A stretch of DNA of 63,787 nt, the filler included, from Welwitschia mirabilis (Eukaryota): assembly GCA_051453625.1 (NCBI GenBank). It is 5 parts of one record of this genome, joined end to end, with 100 filler letters (N's around TTAATTAATTAA, not from the genome) between each part and the next. Parts side by side here need not be neighbours in the genome. Positions count along the whole stretch, not along the records: positions 31,079 to 59,312 come from JBOZIK010000001.1; 4 more parts are not named here. One strand, 5' to 3'. Position 1 is the stretch's first letter; each line of letters starts with the position of its first letter. Shown here in pieces: positions 38,201-51,800 of the stretch. The notes under the pieces are model-generated. The model saw only the letters and a list, made by a program, of their open reading frames with translations. It was not told the origin of the DNA and ran no database searches. A program made the position numbers and the translations under genes.

Positions 38201-41200
38201 ATTCTTGATCATATCTTTCATATGAGAATTACATCTTCTTTCTAGTTACCTCACAGGCTTATTGTGGTATCTAAATAAATTTTATATTACATATTATAGG
38301 GTCTACTCTAGTAATATCTTTATGATTCCAAGCAAGAGCATTAGTCTGTTTAGCCAACATTCTTTTAATCTTCTCTTCTGAGAATGAGTCAAATTCTCAT
38401 TAATAATTAAAGGCTAATTTTTTCAAATTTTAATATANNNNNNNNNNAAACATTTCTCAAGAGGATATTTTTTAAATTCCTCTTTCTTTTATGCTAGTTC
38501 AATATTTAAGGATTAGTCTCTTATTTCAACCTCTTATTCTTCTAATAATTGTTGAGCTTTTTTTCATGAGAATCATGTTAGCACTCTCCTCCTTGTTAGT
38601 AAAGGAGTATTTAATTTTTGCCTCATCAAATATTTTCATTTACTATACTAGGTATTTTAGACTAATCTCCATTCTTCCCTTCCTATAATAAATATTTACA
38701 TTGATCGTTTCCATCTAAGATCTTCCTAGGATGATAGGGTAGGTCTTCCCTTTTGTCTTCATGATAACTAAATCTACTATATATCTAAATTCTTATAGTT
38801 CTATTGATGTTTTCTTCATTATTTCCTTTAGCTTTATTGCAAAGCCATTTTTCATGTAAACGCATCCATTATATGGATTTAACTATGGACTTCCAAGTTG
38901 TTTAAATATATTATGGGAAATGAGATTAGTACTAGCCCCTAAATCCATCAAATCTTTTATTTTATAAGAACCTTTGATAATTATATCTACTACTGGTATT
39001 TTAGGGTTGCTATACTTTTTAATTTACATTTCCTTGTAGAGATTGATTAGAGGTCCAATATATCTTAATTCTTTTATTTTATTCCTTTACTAATTATTCA
39101 CCATTAGTTTTCTCTTTCTTTTTTCTACTTCTCTCTTTACTACATAACTTCTTTATTTGCTTCTAGTACAAGAGGATATCTTTCAACATTTTTACTAAGG
39201 GGAAGGTAACTAAGGTATCTTCTAAAGCTCTGATAAGGTACTATGCATTATTTTCTCCTTTCTTTGAAAACATTTTTACTATCTTACTTCTTATTGGAAA
39301 TGGTGAAGGATAATCCATTCCTCCTTCTGTTGAACCATTTTCAATCACACTTTCATTTTCCTTGGTTTCTTTTTCTTTTTTAGGAGATGAAAGATTGCTT
39401 CTATATAATCTAGTTCTAATACCTTTATAACTAGCTTCTTTTGGATTTGGTTTAGGCTATGCAGGTATGGATGGTTTTTTAGATTTTTTCCCCTTTATCT
39501 GGTTGTTAATTATGACTAGATTTCCCTTCTCATTTTCTCCAATTCCTAAAATAATCATATATCTTAGATTGCATAAATCTCTGTATTGGAGTTTTTTTTT
39601 TTGCTTTTTCATTTGGTAGTTTGATTATAGTAAGGCTTTTTCTTAATTATGTAGTATTGTTAGGATTATAAAACATTCTATTAATGTTTAACCATTCCAT
39701 AAGACCTGCCATCCATGGACGTTCTAAAGGGTGGTGATTTCCTTCATTACAATATTAATAGGTTTCTACTTTCTCTTCTTGTTCTAATTGATTAATCTCA
39801 CCTATTAGAGCTTACATTATTTTATTAATTTCTTATAACATGCTTGCATGTTTTGTTTCTATTTCCTTTTCTACTAGAAATTTGTTGATCTTTCTCTTTT
39901 ATTTTTCCTTATTTTGAGTCTATCCCTAACTCATTTAATATAATTTATCTATATAGCTTTTAATTTCTTGGGTTCTATCATTCTTGATGCTTCTTCCATA
40001 AAGTATATCTAACTTCTCTAAAGAATCACTCCATAAACCTCTTAATAAAGGTCCCATTTCATTCTCTAATAGTTATCTTATGGTTTGGATATCTTGCTAG
40101 TAAAATCTAATATCTATCCATGAATTCATCAAATTTCTCATGTCCTTTCTATTTAACATTCAAAATTTGATCTCTTAAATCTTCAATTATCCTTACAGGT
40201 TGATATTTATTCAAAAATTCTAACCTTATAGAGTTCCAAGTCTAAAAAGTAGAGTTTGAAAACCTATAAAACCATAACTAGGCATCTTCCTTTAAGGAAA
40301 AAATGAAAATATCTTAAGAAATCTGAGTTGGTTTATAATTATTATCCTTACAAAAGAATTAAAAAGGCTCAAATGAATTAGAGGTTCTTCTTATTTTTTT
40401 TTCCCTTTAAAAGTGGGAATATTAGTAGTATTTTGTTTCTTATCTTGTTAAGAGTTTCCAAGACTATAAGATCTAAAGGGTTAGATGTGTGATATGTATA
40501 ATAGTTAATACATAAAGAAGTAAAGTCAATTGCTTCTTCTTCATTCCAATATAATCCTTTTGGTTCTTACACTTTTCTTTTCTTATTTGATTTTTATATC
40601 AATATGTCTATCTTATGTTGTAACTCTATTTAACCTTATTTAAGTGTTTTTATATCTTTCATGAAGTCAATGGGGTCAATTTTAATTATTCTTGTATTAC
40701 TAATTACTTCATCCAATTTTTATTTAGGGTTCTATACATATCATCCCTTTTCATCCCTCCATCATCTTTAGTTATCTTTTTTCAAAAATTTCTTCATTGC
40801 TTTAGATAAAAGCTTAGAGATGCCCTCCTTTTAGCACCAAAATGTTAAGCATATAATTTAACTGAAAATACTATAAAATAGATAAATAATTTCAATAAAT
40901 CACTTAATAAGAAATGATTATCTCACCAAAATGCTTGGAAAAAACATGCAAACTAAATTACCATACATAGACTTTAATCGTTACTCTTTTTTCTATATGG
41001 AGTTTATTTTTTTCTTTTAAGTTAGATAAAGACTTTTCTTATTTCATTAGGATATGTACTTTATCAAGAGTAATTATTCTTGGCAAAATGATGTTCTGAT
41101 AATTACTTTACTTATAAATAGTAATTCATAGGATATGAGAAAATAAAAGGAAATAGAATAAAGAAAATATAGCTAGATTATAAACATTATTTATTCCTAG

Positions 41201-41830
41201 CTATTACATCATCTTAATATTAAATCTAGCTAATATCAATATTAAGATTAATAAAAAGACAACATGGAACTTTTCCAAATTACACACTTAGCAATACAAT
41301 ATTTTTTTCAAAATAACACATGTTGTATTACTATCAAGAAAATATAGTAATTGGCCACTTCCTATGTTTCCACAACAGGTACAGCAGCTTAGGAAATTAT
41401 TTTATAGTTCTTCCAAAATGATTTCTTCTTAAACATGCTTTCTAGCTCTTCTTCAAGACTTTTCAAAAAGATCTCTTGCCTTCTCTATAATTCATATTTA
41501 TTAGTTCATTTGTAGTCACCCTATTATCCCTTTTTGTGCTACCTGTCTTGTTGTTACAACCACTTTCCCTTTTTATAGCATGGTTGCACCTAATTAACCT
41601 ACACCCTAAAGTTAGCTTATAAGAATACAATATGTTATAATAATGTCACAACATATTTCTAACATTTTAACATATTCTTCATTAATTTTGATAAGAATGG
41701 AGCATAAATGTACATCTATTTCTGAGTCATTAGGAGATTTTGCATAAAACTCATAATATTCATAGTGATAGAAGCATGTCCAAATTAAACCAAGAAAAAC
41801 ACCTTAGAAAACCAATGTGGATGTTGTAAT
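35227..41830 (-). mobile_element. Older, different Ty3/Gypsy element E (LTR, PBS, gag, PR, RT, RNase H, INT); 3' end cut by D's LTR; outer LTR boundary uncertain
   Basis: Minus strand: gag (SLKEDA.LWFY, about 40270-40310), protease (MDLGASTNLIS, about 38920-38950), RT (LAWNHKDI, about 38330; FLDRYSGYNQI, about 37960-37990), RNase H (about 37000-37400), integrase (DPFDV*DMDFIS, about 36530-36565). LTR begins TGTTAAG at 40843. Confidence 0.85.
40822..40842 (-). promoter_or_regulatory. Primer-binding site, tRNA-Asn type
   Basis: Minus strand ...CTTAACA|TTTTGGTGCTAAAAGGAGGGC versus TGGCGCTAGAAGGAGGG (complement of the plant tRNA-Asn 3' end ...CCCTCCTTCTAGCGCCA, from memory). Confidence 0.75.
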
Positions 41831-42099
41831 ACATTATTGAATTAGCTTTTTTGACTTAGATTCACTTATCTTACAATGAACATGAAAAGTTTTAGCCTCA
41901 AATACCATAAGGAAGGCCTACGTACCTTTTATGAAAGATCCTCTTTAATTATTTTTAAAAAATGAGCAAGAATACTTGTTGAATACTAGAAAATAACAAG
42001 TTGGACTTGTAATCATAAAAGACATATTACTCTTTGGACCATAAGATAATTAGCATATTTTTATACAAACTAAAGTTAGAAAGGTATTAAAACTCAAAG

Positions 42100-43938
42100 A
42101 CTCACTATCAAACATAAATTGAATATTCCTTAATAATGAGAAAATGAAACCTTTAGTGGCTAGTAATGATGTAAGAACTAGACATGAGGCTAAGCTAATT
42201 TAGACATTAATATAGGATATGGAAGTTTTTGCCTAGTTTCATAAAGATTTACAAAAATAAATTTTACTAACTTTAGTAATTTACAAAATCTACTTATAAT
42301 AAACCTATTAGTAAACCCCCTTAACATTTGAATGCTCTAGTATTAGAAGGTAGTTAAGGATGAGGTCCATAAATTGTGAAAAGAAGGGCATCATCTACTC
42401 AATATGTACTAATGAATGGATACGTGCAATCATGATAGTTCTTAAAAAAATGGTAAATCAGAGATCTATGTTAATTAATAAACTTAATAATCATAAAACA
42501 AAAGACCACTTTTTCATATCGTACATCAATCAAATTCTAAAAATGATTTTATGTTATAAATACTATTATTTTGTGGATAGATTTAATGATTAGAATCAAA
42601 TTATCATAGCACTTAAAAATTAACACAAAATCATATTTCCTTATTTTTTAGAACCTATTATTTTTAACAAATGATAATTTAGATTATGTAATGGATCGAT
42701 GACATTCCAATACGCTATGATGTCAAATATTTTTGACATGTTTAAAGATTTTTTAGAAATATCTATGGATGATATTTTCATTGTATGTTGATTATTTGGA
42801 GTAAAATCTTGATAAAATTCATAAGTTGTTATTACATTACATAGAGAAGAAGGTAAAATTGAGATTACATAAAAGTCTTTTCATGGTTAAAAGTGGAGTT
42901 ATTATAGGAAATGTAATATCAGGAATAGAAATAACTATGGATTCATTACCACTAACTTTAATAAATATTAATAGATTGACAGGTATTTTAAGAAATGCAA
43001 GATACTATCACATATTTATTAAAGACTTTTCAAAGTAGTGAACCATCTATATGAATTGCTGTAAAATCATAAATATTTTATATAGAATGATTCCTATGAA
43101 AAAGAACTTAATGCTTTAAAATAAAGTCACCATTGCATTAATTATTATTACATTGATTTAGAATTTCTCTTTTGATCTTATGTGCGATGTTAATAATATT
43201 AATATCCATGTTGTACTTAGATAATATGTCAATCGTGAGAGACATATCATCTCCTACATCAATTAACTATAGAAAAACAACTACTTGTAATAGTTACTTC
43301 ACTTGATAATTTTAATGATACATTGTAAGTTTTAAAATAATGATTAAATTTCTAGAAAGCATAAATATTTTATATAAAATGATTCCTATGAAAAAGAACT
43401 TAAATTTTTCAAAGAAAAAGTCACCATTGCATTAGTTATTAGTACATTGATTTAGGATTTCTCTTTTGATGTTATGTGCAATGTTAGTAATGCAGTTATC
43501 CATGTTGTAATTAGATAATATGTCAATCATAAGATACATGTCATATACTACATAAATCCAACCCAATAAAATTAGATAACTATTAAAAAACAACTACTTA
43601 TAATAGTTACTTCACTTGACAGGTTGCAATGCTACATTGTAAGTTTCAAAATAATGATTTACATATATCATTTGGTTCTCAAGTTCCTAGAAATAAGTAG
43701 ATTAACAATGTTTGTATAATGTATTTATATCTAATAATACAAGAATTTGATTTAAACATTCAACATAAGAGAGTGTTAGACAATCTAATAGTAGACAACC
43801 CCTTCCATTTAGAATTACATAAGTAATAATACATTTAAGATATCTTTGACGATAGGTTTTTGAAACCCCCATAAAAACAACCTTTGGTATAAAATCATTA
43901 CTAATTACTTATCTAGATTTGAAGTTTTATGTGATTGG
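42100..43938 (+). pseudogene. Very old Gypsy RT-RNaseH-start of integrase remnant (element F)
   Basis: ORF 42360..42593 (KLNNHKTKDHF, YYYFVDRF), ISMDD-like at about 42760, ORF 42826..43038 (FMVKSGVIIG), RNase H FDLMCDV and IQEFDL, WYKIITNYL at about 43885-43912. Confidence 0.8.
43068..43660. repeat. Diverged tandem duplication of about 290 bp within F's RNase H
   Basis: CATAAATATTTTATATA.AATGATTCCTATGAAAAAGAACTTAA starts at about 43068 and again at about 43360. Both units end ACATTGTAAGTTT.AAAATAATGATT. No gap between them. Confidence 0.9.
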
Positions 43939-44010
43939 TGTAGGGAGGCATTTTAAAATACTATTTGTTATATCCTCTTTATCCCTTTTACTCTAATTTT
44001 CTTCTACCTT

Positions 44011-44034
44011 TATATATATATATATATATATATA
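44011..44034. repeat. (TA)12 microsatellite
   Basis: Read directly. Confidence 0.95.
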
Positions 44035-46781
44035 TTCAATCATCAAACATTCTATAACCCTTTGGATAGAACAAATCTAAAAAGAATACATAAGAGAAAT
44101 GTATCACTAATCAATATGTTGTTGGACTTGGACACAAATTTACAAATCTTGAGCTGCAGTTATCTTGAGAATCAAGGAATCCTAGTGCTAGTGACTAAGA
44201 AGAACTAAATACATATAAATCATCTTGCTTCTTAAACAAGATGTACCTAGCCAGATTTGAATGTCTTAATATAAAAATAGCTTATGGTTTAATAATATAA
44301 ATAAGAAAACATTATTGCTAAGTTTACAATAATAAGTGAATGGAGGATAGAAGCTTTATTATCCTAGAAAACAATTCTATAATAGTCACACCACAAATTT
44401 TAAAAGGTTATAAATTAAATCATCAAGATGAATCATATTATAGTTTCCAAAATTATTGGGATCACCAAAACTAAGATGTTCTCTAGTGTTGCACATAGGC
44501 TTTGAATAACTCCCATGAGTCAGATCATAACAATTAGAGAAAGCAAGTCATTAGTATAAAGAGATTCACAAATAAAACTAACTTAAGAACAATCATTTCA
44601 ATTTCATACATACTAAACCAGAAAGCTTAAACTTCCAACTTTATCAGTCTTCAAGAGTAGATATGAAGGCAACTTCCCTTGTATGTATAAAAACATGATT
44701 CATCCCATAAGTCATGCCTCTCAGTTAATTATCAGTTTGATGTTATGTTATTATAGCTCATAAGTGTAAGAATTATGAATATGAAACCAATTAATAAAAG
44801 CATAGCTAGTGTCTTTGAATCATACAATTAACTTATAGATTTTAGTTCTCCTAGAGCAGGGGTATCCCTCACTATAATATATGTATTTGGAATTAGCTCA
44901 AAAAATATTACAAGAAAAAAAATATGATAAGGAACATCTACAATGGATGATGCTAAATTAATGAACATTTTTAGAAAATTTGATGTTATCTTAAGGAATA
45001 ACATGTAATTAAGTAGCCTTTCCATATGTTTTATAACCTCTAAATAAAAGAACTTTAATTTTCTAAGCCAAAGTGAAGAGGTAATTGGCCTACCGATAAG
45101 ATTTAATAGAACATAAGAGTATGATGCCCCTGTAGTAGTAGTTAAAATAATCAATATAAGAGATTTAACTACTCCAAAGAGAACCCCTATTAAAAATGAC
45201 ATGGATGTTGTTTTAGGAATTGTAAACATCTGCATAAAGATATATGCAACACAATAGCCTAAAATAACTTGAGTAGTATAATCTTTAGTATAGTTTATAA
45301 GGTTGTCTCTGAGGATCTGAATTTCCTCAAGACTCTTTAAAAACTTTAGAAAATGGCTATGGAGGATAAGACAAAAATGACAAGCATCATGGCTAATTTA
45401 AAGGATAAAATAATAAAATGTTTCAATCTTTTTTTTCTCCTTTCTATTTGATCTTTTCCTTTTCATGTTTCCAAATGAACAAGATACTAACACAGTCATC
45501 ATTATTGTAAATAGCCAAAATTGAAGGAGAATCTTAAATGGCACTACTAACATAACAAAGATAGGGGATCACATCATAATAAAAATGGACTTTTCAAGGG
45601 AAACATCATACATAGAAGAAAAGGCATTTGAATGAATGGTGAAAGATGCTAGAACAAATCATAAATAGAGAAAGGAATGATACATGAAGAAAACATCATA
45701 AAATTCAAAGCATCAAGGATTAAAAAAAGTGCATCACCATAATAGAAGAGGTTAAGATAATAGATTGAAAAGCACAGTAGACAACATCAGAAGATAGAAT
45801 AACTAGAATAAATGCCAAAGGACTACATGAAGAAATCTCTATCAAAGGTAACCAAAGACAAGATGAGTAGAAAGGATTCATCATAGAAAACATTGAATAG
45901 ACTAGATAAGGCTAAAGTCCACCTCTAATTAGCACAACATTAGTGATATTTATTCATTCTCACTTAATCATCTAATAGTTCTTTGGAGGATTTTGGTAAC
46001 CAAAATAAAAAGGCATATCAGGAAACGTTAGCAGTAAATCAGAGAAGCCCTGCATATGGAGTAAGAATAAGATCCAGAGATTCCAATCATTGACCTTGGA
46101 CATTATCAAAAAAGGCATGCAAGCATCAATATTTGTACCAAAATGAGGTTTCAATCATTTCAATCCTGATTTTTTTTCCTTTCATTTTCAGTTCTATAAA
46201 AGGATTTGTCTTAATTCAAAAGAATCCAATTTATGAACATTAATTTTTGTTTAGAAATTTCTCTTGCAAAGATTCTTTTTCAATATTATTTTCAATTTCA
46301 ATATAATTAAAATCTCCTTATTTGCTAAAAAAATTTATTGATTTATTTATTGAAAAATTTTTTATTGTTCTTCTCTTCTTTGGCGAAAAAAAAGAAGCAT
46401 GGATTTTTATTTTTTTTATTTTTTTATTATATTATTTCCTACTTAAATTTTTTTTAAACCAAATTCATTTTGACAATCATCTTGAATGTTTATAATATTA
46501 ATTAGTTTCCAATTATATTCTTCTACTCTTAGATAATTTTGATATATGATAACATCCCTTTTAAAATTACATTTATAAGTCTTACATTAGATCTCAAATA
46601 GAAATATTACATTAAAATCCAAAAATAAATTTTACCTTATACAAAACAATAGTGTGAAATAAAAGCAGATGAAAAATCTTAATTTATGAATAAAAGTTTT
46701 CATCAATAGGTTTAATGCTATAAGGGAGGCCATACTTAAAAAACAAAAATTTATTTAATGTTGTAAAATATAGTCATAACA

Positions 46782-46802
46782 GTTTTAACACTAGAAGGAG
46801 GG
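46782..46802 (+). promoter_or_regulatory. Primer-binding site, tRNA-Asn type, of element G, after an LTR-like end ...GTCATAACA
   Basis: GTTTTAACACTAGAAGGAGGG versus TTTTGGCGCTAGAAGGAGGG; the differences are G>A. Confidence 0.75.
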
Positions 46803-47689
46803 TCCCTCTTATAGGTCCCTTATAGTTTTCTTGATCATTTTTTAATCACATTCATTTTACCCTTTGTCTTTATCTATCATCTTTTCATGCTTTACACTAG
46901 CCACAATGCCAATATTAACTTGTGGAAAAAAAGTCTACATTTCTAAGGATGAATACAAGGCACTCATCCAACAATGTCAGTCAACTTTTATCCCTAATCA
47001 ACTTTGCATTATGAATGATTATAAGAGTTAGTAGAAAGGCCAGTTGATCCATTCTACTAAAAGGATATGATTCAAATACATTAAAACCTAAGAGTTATAA
47101 CAAGTTAAAATATTTTAAATATCATGAGATCAAGGGATAAAACATTAAAATCTACTTCAATTTAAAACATATCATTCAAAACATCATTAAAAACAAAAGA
47201 GATATGAAATTTGATATAATTCTCACAGCTGCAAATGAATAACTCGAGATTTATAAAATACATTTTTCAACTTAAGCTTTCACATCACAAACACCACAAA
47301 ATGTGGCAGTTCAAATGAGAACATTCCTTGTGCAATCTAGGTAATCTAAGATTAGTCAACAAAATCATTAGAACAAATCATTCAAGAAACAAATGAAAAC
47401 TAGAGCAGTTAGTCTGAATGAAAGATTCTCAAACTTGATCTACTCTTAACCTAATATTCAATCATAATTACATGTATTTCAAGTATAAAAATAATATCAT
47501 TAACTCTCTTTGTTGATTAAAAACTTTGAGCCTGAGAGACAAGCCTTCGAATGACTATGTAAAGACTGTGTAACATTAACAGCACCTCCAAAATAAGAAT
47601 CTATATCAAACCATGTAGACATTCATACAAATGAGAAATACCATGAAGTCATCTAATTCCAACCTGCAAAAATCTCATCCACTTCTCGA

Positions 47690-48090
47690 AAAACCATCAT
47701 CACTGAGCCACCTTATATTTTAGTAAATATTGGATTCACTAAAGTAGCTAGGACCTTTATCGATCATGGGGCTTAATTGAATGTCATTAGATCATCATGT
47801 CTAAATAAACTTAATTTACAACATCTTCTAGATTCAAAGAAGATTATAACTATTAGAGGTTTTAACTATCATGAAAATAAATCTAAGGGAATAATCACCT
47901 TATCAGTTAAGACGACTCAAGGCTTAGAAAATTAAAGATACTAAATTCCATGTGATTAAAAATTACTACAACATTTAATTTACTTCTAGGTCATTCTTAG
48001 ATCATGGATATGGGGACAATTATATCATTGTCCCATCAAAAGATTAAATTTATTAGATCAAAGATATTAATACCACTAGAAAGAAATCAC
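47690..48090 (+). pseudogene. Aspartic protease remnant of Tat/Ogre-type element G
   Basis: EPPYILVNIG..VARTFIDHGA*LNVI...IRGFN...GIITLSV...FNLLLGHS*IMDMG..SLSHQKIKF, matching the Tat/Ogre pattern YNLLLGRPWIH.M.AVPS.LHQKLKF. Confidence 0.8.
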
Positions 48091-48617
48091 ACAATGGCAA
48101 ATGTCAAAGCACCATCTCAACCATCTTCTTCATCATCACCTCAAATTTCAGAAAAATGAATCGTTCCATTTCTATACCTTGAACATGATCTTATAGATCC
48201 TTATAAACTAAAGATTTTACAAATTCTTAATGCATAACTCTTGGATTTAGGATGGACCCCATTCCTTCCTGATGATTTTCCCATTATTTCATAATCATTT
48301 TGTTCCATACTATAACTCTATCTAAAAATAAAAATAAAAACAAAAAAAAGAAAATAAACACTGCATTTTCAAGATTTCATCTTTTTCAACTCTTAAGTCA
48401 TGAGTTGTTCATTCATTTTTCTTTTTATTATTCAAAATTGCAATCATTAGTTCTCATCCTATTCTTTGTCTTCATAGGATATCAAAATGAAAAGTTAATT
48501 AAAGTCACCCTTACGTATCATCTTAGTTGATTAAATTATTAAAGGTACATCAATTTAAATTTTGACAATTTTTGCTATAGTAAATCTTTGGAAAAGCCAT
48601 CACTACAAGAAATATAG

Positions 48618-48850
48618 GCTTTTAAGTAATTTCATAAAATGCTTTAAAAAACCTTACCTTAAAAGCCAATAAGCTTTTAAGGCATTTCTAAGGCATTTTA
48701 ATAATGCCTCAAAAAGGCATTTTAAGGTGTTTATTTGATAGAATACCTCAAAAAGCTTTTAAGGTGTTTTTTCACCTCTCAAAGAATGCCTTAAAAGGCA
48801 TTTGAGGGTTTTATCAAATAAACACCTTAAAAGACCATTACCTTGAAAAA
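48618..48850. repeat. Left subterminal repeat array of the CACTA element
   Basis: Clustered direct and inverted variants of TTTTAAGGC(A/G)TTT and AATGCCTTAAAA. Confidence 0.85.
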
Positions 48851-51800
48851 AAAATTATGAAATAAGCTAGGATTTTAAGCAGCATTACTAGGTCTCAAGA
48901 TTAAAAAAACTTAAAAAAAAATTTAAATTAAATGAAATTCAAATATATAAAAAGAGAAGTAAAACATGCGACAGAGGTTGAGTATGAGTTATAGTTTAAT
49001 TTAGACCCATTTTTCTCACTCTTTAGAATGTTCAAACATCTTTTGAGCTTATATGATGATAAAAAACTAAGAGACTAACTTCATTAATAACTATCTACCC
49101 ATCTATAACTTAAAGTTAAGGAGCAAAGATGTTCCTATCGAAGCTAAATGCTTATTATTAAAGGATTTTCAATGGATAAAATCTCAAAAAAAACTCATAT
49201 AAATAGCCTATTTAAACCTCCACAATCACCAGAGATGGACAGAAAAATAAAAAATGTGGTAAAACCTAAATAACTTAAGTAATGTAAAACATGCCTAAAA
49301 CCAAGCATCTATTGCCATTTTGATAATTTTATCAAAAGCTGATGAAGAAAAACAAAGTGAACATGGTAAAGAACTACATCAAGAATGCTCTAGAAAATTA
49401 ATATATCATCAAAGGATTTAGGACTTCATAATCAAACATCTACAATATCAAGAAAATTACACACACAGCTTCAAAAAACTAGAATAAGAAAGACAGCAGT
49501 ACTACCATACATACATTACTCTAGAAGCTTCTATATTAATTGAGGATACTAATAATATATAAGAGTTGAAGGTAGATATGCTACCATCAGCATTTCTACT
49601 ATCTTATAGCACAATAGAAATTTATGATGAATAACATACTGAGAGAAAACTAATTTGTTTCAAAATTATGAAATTTCTATAAAACTTATAAATTGCATGT
49701 CATCCAAGCTAAAAGTTTACAATGGTAAGGGTGTAGAAATAGAGGATAAGGCCTGATAATGGTAATGGTTTTATTCCATTCTACAAGTGAGCAAAAGTCT
49801 TTTTTAGCTTATAGAGGAATACTTAGAAAGAAGGGAAAGGAGCAGATGAATGAAAAAACTACTTTTTATCCCCTCTCAATTGGTAGTTGATAGGCTTTTA
49901 TCCTCTGTTAATGTATTTTTTTTCTTTTTCTTTTTTTTATTTTCCTTTTTTTTTAAATTTTTCATAGAAAAATAGTTGACTTATAATAAAAGTACATTTT
50001 TATAGTTTGATTTTTATGGAAGACAAGTAAAGTAATGGAATATACCTAAAGAAAGCTTTTCCTCCTAGCTTCAGAAGAATCGCTGAAGTTGGACACTTGC
50101 TCTTAAAAGTACCTGATCATGTTTTCCTTTCAGTTTCAAATTGATAAATTAATCTTCATGGTTTCCAAAGTGCCCTAGACAATTAGAACCAATTTTAATA
50201 TAAAAGGAAATAAATTTTGAAAGCATATCTCAATTTTTTTAGGTTCTTGGCCTTTCATATTTGGAAATGATGAATTATTTGAGATATCAAAAGGATAGGA
50301 TTTCAAGAGCTCATTCAGATATAAAAATTATTGTACAACTTATACAACTAGTGTTGAAAAATTTTTTGTGAGGAAGGAACATCAAAAAGAGTTAAATCTA
50401 AAGATAACAAGGATGGAAGTTCCTTTTAAATATGGAAATATTTATTCTCCTAACTATAAATAGAAAGGCTACCTACCAAAATAATACATAAGGGGAACCC
50501 AGAGTGCAAGTTCTAAAGGCATGTGCAAAGGTCACAAAGAGAGCTCAAAAAAGATATAAAACTATCAAACTTAAAATTAAAAAGAAAATAAACTAAGACT
50601 AAAAAAAGGATTGTAAAATTGAAATAATTAGAAACATAAGACTAGATATGCATGTCTATAAAGATAAATAAAATGTATTTCAAATGTCTTTAAATAAAGC
50701 AAAGTAAAAGGAAAGTATTATTACCTATTACATCTGTTACATCAAGTTTCAAGACATATAATGATGAAAATCATAATGTGTTACCATATCAAAGCTGAAA
50801 AAGTCAATTTACAACTAGAAATATTAATAAAATTTATCTTTATCTTTTACCCATTATAATTCTCTTTTTCTTTGCTTGGTTCATTAGCATTAGTATTTGG
50901 TATTACCCAGTTCCAACAGACTTCCTTTTTACTACTTGCTATTTCATCTATTAAATAATATTAAATGTTAACTCATGGACAAATAGCATCCTAAAACATT
51001 AATACCTAATAGTTAGTATTTTAGATCAATAACAAACATAAGGAATTTAGAGTAATGTAAGATACTGAGAACAACATGAACAAATCTTAAAATGAAAGGA
51101 AACACTCATTATTTCTAAGATCAATGAAAATAAAATCATAAATATTCCTTAGGTATTTCATATAATTTAAGAGAAACAGTCCAAGAGATGCTCAATACTA
51201 TCCTTTGAAGGAGAAATAGTGCTAAATGTTAAAGGATAAGAAAATCATAAATCCATTTGTACATCCAAAAATTATTACATATTAAATTACAAACTATCAA
51301 AATAGAGAACTAGTTCTTATTAATAAAATTTATCCCTATTTCATAGATGTCAATCTCTAACTCTCATCCAAAAAAAATAACTTCAATAACCAGAAAAATT
51401 ATATTTGATGCTAACTCAANNNNNNNNNNNNNNNNNNNNNNNNNNNNNNNNNNNNNNNNNNNNNNNNNNNNNNNNNNNNNNNNNNNNNNNNNNNNNNNNN
51501 NNNNNNNNNNNNNNNNNNNNNNNNNNNNNNNNNNNNNNNNNNNNNNNNNNNNNNNNNNNNNNNNNNNNNNNNNNNNNNNNNNNNNNNNNNNNNNNNNNNN
51601 NNNNNNNNNNNNNNNNNNNNNNNNNNNNNNNNNNNNNNNNNNNNNNNNNNNNNNNNNNNNNNNNNNNNNNNNNNNNNNNNNNNNNNNNNNNNNNNNNNNN
51701 NNNNNNNNNNNNNNNNNNNNNNNNNNNNNNNNNNNNNNNNNNNNNNNNNNNNNNNNNNNNNNNNNNNNNNNNNNNNNNNNNNNNNNNNNNNNNNNNNNNN

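Noticed and set aside
48618..48850. Short repeats with spacers resembling a CRISPR or operator array
   Set aside because: Irregular spacing, both orientations, and mirrored at 58020-58192; these are CACTA subterminal repeats in a eukaryotic context.
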